From Aeropyrum pernix K1 (GTDB taxonomy: Archaea; Thermoproteota; Thermoprotei_A; Sulfolobales; Acidilobaceae), in assembly GCF_000011125.1 (NCBI RefSeq), contig NC_000854.2:1500001-1532000 (forward strand): a stretch of 32,000 nucleotides of DNA, read 5' to 3'. Positions 26,994 to 32,000 of this stretch are shown here, one piece after another; positions within the stretch are counted from its first letter, which is position 1; each line of letters begins with the position of its first letter. The notes under the pieces are model-generated. The model searched no databases. It was given only the letters and a program-made list of their open reading frames with translations, and had not been told where the DNA came from. A program made the position numbers and the translations under genes.

Positions 26994-27507
26994 CGCTCCT
27001 CTCCAACGCGACGAGCGCCGCCAAACCGAGGGTAGTTCCTATGAGTGTGCTAGAAAGCCAGCCCAGCCATATAACGGTTAGTGCGCTCCTCCAGGCCTCC
27101 ACATCCCCCATGAGGGGGGCGAAAACGTAGAGCGCCAGGAGGAATCCTATGACAGCAGTGCCGAGGGGCTCCAGGAGCCCCGCAGGTAGGGGGCTCCTCC
27201 CCAGCCTCAGAAGGGCTACTGCACCCAAACCCACAAGGAGAGCCCCAGGTATGCCGCCTGGGATGCTGTACACAGTCCCAATGCCAAGAGCCATCCTAAC
27301 AAGACCCACGGCAAGGGCGAGACCGCTAGCCCACCATGGCCCGAGGGTGACACCTGCAACCACGTTCACCATGTGCTGCCACGGCAAAGCCTTAGTAGGC
27401 CCCACATCAATCCTTATGACGCTGAGGGCGACCGCAAGCCCGCCTAAAATGGCGGCAAGGGCAAGCTTCCTCTCAGGCCCGAGATGGCTGAGGCTCACCA
27501 ACACCAC
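26944..27507 (-). CDS. thiW: ThiW-family ECF substrate-binding (S) component, putative thiamine precursor transporter
   Basis: KLALAAILGGLAVALSVIRIDVGPTKALPWQHMVNVVAGVTLGPWWASGLALAVGLVRMALGIGTVYSIPGGIPGALLVGL. A GTG cluster near 27507 lies downstream of a TATA-like TTTATTTATA, so the upstream part of the ORF track call is probably non-coding. Confidence 0.85.
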   Translation of the reverse strand: MVLVSLSHLGPERKLALAAILGGLAVALSVIRIDVGPTKALPWQHMVNVVAGVTLGPWWASGLALAVGLVRMALGIGTVYSIPGGIPGALLVGLGAVALLRLGRSPLPAGLLEPLGTAVIGFLLALYVFAPLMGDVEAWRSALTVIWLGWLSSTLIGTTLGLAALVALERSGVVRLRPPDSGGAGEG

Positions 27508-27909
27508 CCTTACCACTGGCCAATAGTAAAACCTCACTAGAGTATAAATAAAAGTCCCGTTAATTAGGCTGCCGTCCCGATGAATGGAGTCTTTAAGGTA
27601 ACCTAGGTTACGACTGCAGAGGCCGAGCCTTACAGCATCAATGAGTGGCTGAGTAAACGGCAGACGGCTTCTAAGCTCGAAAGATCTTCGCAATATTGGA
27701 ATGGAGGAACTCCGATCTTAGTATACTGGGGAAGAATAATAATATCGTTGATTAGGCTCGTGCAATACTTGTAGCTAGATAGGATAAAAGAAAAGCTGAA
27801 ATTTATATCATTAGGTTGCTATGCTTGAAGAAGATGTTTATAACTCTTTTTGTACACTATAATATATTGAATTTTGTAAATAGTCTGTTTATTCCCTGGT
27901 CTGATATAT

Positions 27910-28260
27910 ATGGGTAACACTAAAAAAGAGAGAGCCAGCTCGAGATGTAAGGATGAATTTATGCAGTTTCTTAACAAGCTCATAACACTCTATGAAAGAG
28001 ACCCCAAGATAAAAATCCTCCTCTACTTAGCAGATTTGGCAGAACCGTCCTCCATTAGGAGGATTTCAAGGAACGTAGGGATGAGCCATAAAAACGTGAT
28101 TAAACATTTGAAGGCGTTGGAGAATATAGGCCTAGTTGAGGTGGCATATAAACAATCTAACCTTACCTTGTATAAGCTATCGGAACACTCTAGATTATGG
28201 ACACTACAGTTTATAAAGTGTAGACTCTACAATGCTATCACAGATGAAATAGTAGTTTAA
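27910..28260 (+). CDS. Winged-helix (ArsR-like) DNA-binding protein in an AT-rich islet
   Basis: KIKILLYLADLAEPSSIRRISRNVGMSHKNVIKHLKALENIGLVEVAYKQSNLTLYKLSE; CTATAATATATTG upstream. Confidence 0.78.
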   Translation: MGNTKKERASSRCKDEFMQFLNKLITLYERDPKIKILLYLADLAEPSSIRRISRNVGMSHKNVIKHLKALENIGLVEVAYKQSNLTLYKLSEHSRLWTLQFIKCRLYNAITDEIVV

Positions 28261-28345
28261 AGCGGGGCTTAAGCTACGAAGGTCCTTTTAAACATACCTC
28301 AATATAAGCCTTCTACCCTCCTGGTAATTTAGTTAATTAAACATG

Positions 28346-28369
28346 AAAGATGAGATGCATCTTCTCTTT
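28346..28369. repeat. 24-bp imperfect palindrome AAAGATGAGATG/CATCTTCTCTTT (10 of 12 pairs)
   Basis: Read directly from sequence; lies about 86 bp downstream of the winged-helix gene, next to TTAATTAA. Confidence 0.6.
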
Positions 28370-28584
28370 ACTGTCCAATCGCCAAAACCTAAATCTCTAA
28401 GAAGCTAGAGCAGAAATAAGAGCTAAAGTTTAGTAAAGACACTGTCTCTCAAACGATTTGCAAGTATACATCCAGAAACCAGTCTCCCATGCTTTAGATC
28501 CGAAATGGCTTGAGAAGAGTTTCTCGGTTCTTCGAAAACAGTATGAAACGGAGAGGTTGGAAAGAGTTTAGCTATTAAAATGCC

Positions 28585-28663
28585 TGGTGCGGCCGCCGGG
28601 ATTTGAACCCGGGACCACCGGCTTGGAAGGCCGGCGTCCTAGTCCAGGCTAGACGACGGCCGC
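28585..28663 (-). tRNA. tRNA-Gly (anticodon TCC), intronless, with encoded CCA
   Basis: Reverse complement GCGGCCGTCGTCTAGCCTGGACTAGGACGCCGGCCTTCCAAGCCGGTGGTCCCGGGTTCAAATCCCGGCGGCCGCACCA. The acceptor, anticodon and T stems pair, and the loop is CTTCCAA. Confidence 0.96.
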
Positions 28664-28777
28664 CCGCGCAGGCTCCCTTCCTGGCCCATGATTCTCTATC
28701 CTTCGCTGGCGGTTTTTAACCTATAAACCATGCCTCCTCCGGGGGGATGATGCGGGGCTCTAACCTCTGGGCCTGGG

Positions 28778-30220
28778 CTACCTGTTTATGGCAGGCTCTG
28801 GTATGGCCGGGGGCTTCTCGCCGAGGGGTTCTGGCGGGACCCGCTTTACTATAGGCTTCGCCCATGTCCTGCCTGCTACCCAGGCTATTGCTAGTGTTCC
28901 CGCTATTATGTTGCTCAGGGTCATGGCCAGCCACACACCCATGTCCCCTAACGAGTATATGTAGACTAGCGTGTAGGCTGCTGGTATGCGGAGTAGCCAG
29001 AGCCTGGCTATTCCCAGTGCTGAGATGAACGCGGTCCTACCGCTCCCCCTGGCTACGCCCATTGCGGTGAAGAACGCTCCTAGGAACGGCATGCCCAGGG
29101 CTACTATCGATATCATGCGCTCAGCGTAGAACTGGACTTCCTCTATGCTTGTGAAGAGGGACACGAGCATGCTCCTACCGCCTACTATAGCCACGGCTCC
29201 TATTGAGAGCAGGCCAAACACGAGAGCCACACCAGTGTATGCCGCCCTGACGGCCCTCGAGATGTTGCTGGCTCCGAGGTTCTGGCCTACAACGGTCGCT
29301 GTTGCTATGTTGAAGCCGAAGGTGGCTGACTGGACTATGTGTATTATGACGAGCGATACGTTATACGCAGCCACCACGGGAGCCCCAAGCCTGGCTACAA
29401 TACCCATCATGACGAGGAATCCCATGCTCACAACTAGCCTCTGGAGGGAGACGGGGCCGCCTATCCGCAGTATATGCCCTATAAGCTGCCGGTCCGGCAT
29501 GCTGGGCTTCACTCTAAAGCCGGGGGCGCCCCTTAGGAGCAGGTAGAATGCTATAGACACGGCTGCCGCTCTAGCCAGCACGGTTGCCACCGCAGCGCCA
29601 ACAGCGCCCAGGGGCGGTAGTAGGATGAGGCCGAATATGAGTATAGGGTCGAGTATCACGTTGAGTATGCTTGATAGGGCTGAAACCTTGAAGGGCGTCC
29701 TCGTATCGCCTGACGCGGCCATCACTGCGTTGAAGTAGAATAGGGCGAGCATGAAGGGCATTCCCACGGCTTCCACGAGGGTGTAAGCCAGGGCCACCTC
29801 CAGGCTTCTGCCTTGAAAGCCCTGTAGGATAAACACTGTCTCCGCGGTGAGGATTATTGCTAGGGCGCTTGCCGCGCCGAGCATTAGGGTGGCGCCGAGG
29901 AGCTTCGACGCGTATCTCTGGGCCGACGCATAGTCCCTGGCCCCTATGGCCTGTGATACCAGTGCGGAGAGGGTTGTGTTTATGCCAATCCCTAGGCCGG
30001 CGAAGAGCCATAGGAGGGGGCTGGCGGCGGCGGGCGCTGCCAGGTCCTCCGTGCTGACCCTCCCTAGGAATATGGCGTCGACGCTCTCCTGAGTAGCCGC
30101 CAACAGCCTGGCCGCCACTATAGGGGTGGCTAGAGCCAGTATCACCTTCACGATAGGCCCCTGGGTAACCCATGTTCTCTTCCTGTCGAGGGCTTCCCTA
30201 TCCAATTTCCACCAGGACAC
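28778..30220 (-). CDS. MATE family efflux transporter
   Basis: PIVKVILALATPIVAARLLAATQESVDAIFLGRVSTEDLAAPAAASPLLWLFAGLGIGINTTLSALVSQAIGARD...NAVMAASGDTRTPFKVSALSSILNVILDPILIFG...RIGGPVSLQRL. Confidence 0.93.
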   Translation of the reverse strand: MSWWKLDREALDRKRTWVTQGPIVKVILALATPIVAARLLAATQESVDAIFLGRVSTEDLAAPAAASPLLWLFAGLGIGINTTLSALVSQAIGARDYASAQRYASKLLGATLMLGAASALAIILTAETVFILQGFQGRSLEVALAYTLVEAVGMPFMLALFYFNAVMAASGDTRTPFKVSALSSILNVILDPILIFGLILLPPLGAVGAAVATVLARAAAVSIAFYLLLRGAPGFRVKPSMPDRQLIGHILRIGGPVSLQRLVVSMGFLVMMGIVARLGAPVVAAYNVSLVIIHIVQSATFGFNIATATVVGQNLGASNISRAVRAAYTGVALVFGLLSIGAVAIVGGRSMLVSLFTSIEEVQFYAERMISIVALGMPFLGAFFTAMGVARGSGRTAFISALGIARLWLLRIPAAYTLVYIYSLGDMGVWLAMTLSNIIAGTLAIAWVAGRTWAKPIVKRVPPEPLGEKPPAIPEPAINR

Positions 30221-30245
30221 CTCTATATTGGGAGCCGAAAGTATG

Positions 30246-30255
30246 CTTATAAAGG
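30246..30255. promoter_or_regulatory. Near-symmetric TATA element (CTTATAAAGG / CCTTTATAAG) apparently shared by divergent genes
   Basis: TTATAA at 30247-30252 lies about 27 nt from the MATE GTG (30220) and about 37 nt from the TTG of the 30289 gene. Confidence 0.5.
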
Positions 30256-30288
30256 TTTAAGGGGGCACGGCGTACCCTCGGGAGCCTG

Positions 30289-30723
30289 TTGACCGAGCCA
30301 TGCAGGTCTCGGCACGTGAGCATCAGAAGGCTCGCGGCTCTGGCTGGAGAGGTTTACAAGCTTAGCCTTGCCAGCGTTTACCCACGAGAAGACGCCGTCC
30401 TACTGCTTGAGGCGGCGAGGGTACAGGCCCTAACAGTCTACCGCAAGATCAGGGGCAGCTGCCTGGAGAGGAGGGTTGCAGAGTCGAGTCAGCTAGCTTT
30501 CGAGATAGCGAGCCTGGAGCCCCTCGGTTGGGGGAGCCTTGCCCTTGCTTTGGCAGCGTTGCTCGAGGGTCTTGCTTTGAACAAGATTCGTGTTGACCCT
30601 GACGAAGCACTACGGGCTCTGGAGAAGGCTCTGGCCTCCGGAGACGTGGAGTACCTTAGGAGGAGAATGCTAAGTGTGGTAAGACCGCTTCAACGGTCAA
30701 AGGGAGAAGGTAGAGGCTGGTAG
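30289..30723 (+). CDS. Hypothetical helical protein
   Basis: Open frame with TTG start downstream of a TATA element. Translation is Ala/Leu/Arg-rich and helical: DAVLLLEAARVQALTVYRKIRGSCLERRVAESSQLAFEIASLE. Confidence 0.6.
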   Translation: MTEPCRSRHVSIRRLAALAGEVYKLSLASVYPREDAVLLLEAARVQALTVYRKIRGSCLERRVAESSQLAFEIASLEPLGWGSLALALAALLEGLALNKIRVDPDEALRALEKALASGDVEYLRRRMLSVVRPLQRSKGEGRGW

Positions 30724-30851
30724 AAGACGCTCCGGTGTAGGGCTGTGTTTCCGTACGCCAAAACCCATCTTCTACAAAAGCGGGAAAACATTACAAGCTG
30801 TATGACTAGAGTTTATCGCTGCAGACGCTCTTTAGAAATAGCCGGGTCCAC

Positions 30852-31697
30852 GTGATGGGGCTGCGAATAGTTGTGGGTTTCAAATGGGTGCCTAACACAC
30901 AGGCTGTGAGGATCGATCCTAAAACTGGAACTCTCATTAGGCAGGGCGTCCCGAGCATAATCAACCCTCCAGACCTTGCTGCCGTGGAGCTCGCTCTACG
31001 GCTTAGGGATGAGTACGGCGGCGAGGTTATCGCAGTTACTATGGGCCCGCCCCCCGCCCTAAAGGGGCTGGAGCATCTGATAGGCATGGGGGTCGACTAT
31101 GGCTACATGTTCAGCGATAGGGCTTTCGCAGGCGCCGATACACTGGCCACTAGCTACGTCTTGTCGGAGGGCATAAAGTACATTGAGAGGGAGAGGGGGA
31201 GGGTCGATCTAGCCCTCTTCGGTCAGGAGACTATCGACTCGAGCACCGCCCACATCGGAGCACAGGTCGCTAGCTGGCTTCAGTGGCCCTATATATACTA
31301 TGTGAGGAAGGCCGCCGTGGACGGCGGGAAGCTGGTGGCTGAGAGGATCGTGGAGAACTATGTCGAAACCTATGAGCTACCCCTCCCGGCGGTCGCTTCG
31401 GTGGCGATCAGAGCCTTCAAACCCCGGGAGGTCACTCTATCCGGGAAGCTCAGGTTCAAGAAGGAGAAGCCCTACAAGATAGTGTCCAACAAGGAGCTCG
31501 GGCTCGACCCCAGGTGCGTCGGCCTCAAGGGAAGCCCCACCATCGTCGCCAAGGTAACCTACCTACCGGAGATCCCGAGAAGGGCTGAGGTGTATAAGCC
31601 GAGGGATCCGAGGGACGGTGCCAGGTGGCTTCTGAGGAAGCTTTTGACGGATAGCGAGACACGGGACCTCATACTCAAGGCTCTATGGGGAGGTTGA
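30852..31697 (+). CDS. etfB: Electron transfer flavoprotein beta subunit (FixA/EtfB)
   Basis: IVVGFKWVPNTQAVRIDPKTGTLIRQGVPSIINPPDLAAVELALRLRDEYGGEVIAVTMGPP...DLALFGQETIDSSTAHIGAQVASWL...FKPREVTLSGKLRFKKEKP. Confidence 0.93.
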   Translation: MMGLRIVVGFKWVPNTQAVRIDPKTGTLIRQGVPSIINPPDLAAVELALRLRDEYGGEVIAVTMGPPPALKGLEHLIGMGVDYGYMFSDRAFAGADTLATSYVLSEGIKYIERERGRVDLALFGQETIDSSTAHIGAQVASWLQWPYIYYVRKAAVDGGKLVAERIVENYVETYELPLPAVASVAIRAFKPREVTLSGKLRFKKEKPYKIVSNKELGLDPRCVGLKGSPTIVAKVTYLPEIPRRAEVYKPRDPRDGARWLLRKLLTDSETRDLILKALWGG

Positions 31698-31712
31698 TGA
31701 AAAGTGGGTAGG

Positions 31713-32000
31713 GTGGAATGCGAGAAAATATGCAGTCTATGGCCCTGCGAGCAGCCTGAGGAGTTCAGGAACGTATGGGTTGTTGCAGAGCTGGACGAGC
31801 AGGGCGTAAGCGAGGCGAGCCTCCAGATGCTCACACCGGCTAGGAGGATCGCTGATAAGCTGGGTGAGAGTGTTGTGGGTGTGATAGCAGGGCCCCCGGG
31901 CTCGAGCCAGCTGGCTGTGGAGATGGTTGAGAGGGGTGCCGACGAGGTTATAGTTGTCGAGCATGAGAGGCTCTCCGAGTACTACCCTGACGTTGTGGGG
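31713..32000 (+). CDS. etfA: Electron transfer flavoprotein alpha subunit, N-terminal part, running off the window
   Basis: Frame from GTG 31713: MECEKICSLWPCEQPEEFRNVWVVAELDEQGVSEASLQMLTPARRIADKLGESVVGVIAGPPGSSQLAVEMVERGADEVIVVEHERLSEYYPDVVG. Not in the ORF track because the frame is open at the edge. Confidence 0.85.
   Translation, partial: MECEKICSLWPCEQPEEFRNVWVVAELDEQGVSEASLQMLTPARRIADKLGESVVGVIAGPPGSSQLAVEMVERGADEVIVVEHERLSEYYPDVVG

Noticed and set aside
27508-27693. Upstream extension of the ThiW ORF (MRRSFELRSRLPFTQPLIDAV...)
   Set aside because: It crosses a TATA-like element and is not part of the S-component fold; ThiW similarity starts at about KLALAAIL.
28585-28663. tRNA-Gly as an attachment site with a duplicated 3' end inside the window
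   Set aside because: I looked for a second copy of the T-arm/acceptor sequence (CCGGGTTCAAATCCCGGCGGCCGC) nearby and saw none, so integration remains only a hypothesis.
31694-31775. C/D-box-like sRNA signature (TTGATGA ... CTGA)
   Set aside because: The C-box first base is not a purine, and the region is the etfB stop / etfA start; judged coincidental.
1-32000. CRISPR arrays, transposases, restriction-modification or other classical defence genes
   Set aside because: No regularly spaced repeats and no corresponding protein motifs found in any frame provided.

Overview
This 32 kb window is GC-rich, densely packed and archaeal. It looks like a hyperthermophilic crenarchaeote, probably Aeropyrum-like, but that placement is inference. 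Informational genes present: aIF2-gamma, a PIN-domain protein, S6e, aIF2/eIF5B, NDK, L24e, S28e, TmcA and a Sua5/TsaC-type protein. Other genes include a CCG-domain protein, an acyl-CoA dehydrogenase, an NfeD-like protein, JAMM-like and HD-domain proteins, NAD(P)HX repair Nnr, an AtoE-type transporter with a disrupted frame, a ThiD-ThiN/ThiW/ECF thiamine cluster, a short AT-rich islet with a winged-helix gene beside tRNA-Gly(TCC), a MATE exporter, and ETF beta/alpha. The best candidate for an undescribed system is the operon at 15862-19268. It has two thiolase-fold proteins that both appear to lack the nucleophilic Cys and the GHP His, plus two DUF35 partners, one with an incomplete zinc ribbon. 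Further leads are an extra P-loop protein inside the ThiW/ECF operon, a JAMM + HD + unknown-gene trio, a CCG protein with one degenerate half, a Cys-bearing N-terminus on ETF-alpha, and several palindromic operator candidates. No CRISPR array, transposase or recognisable defence system was found.
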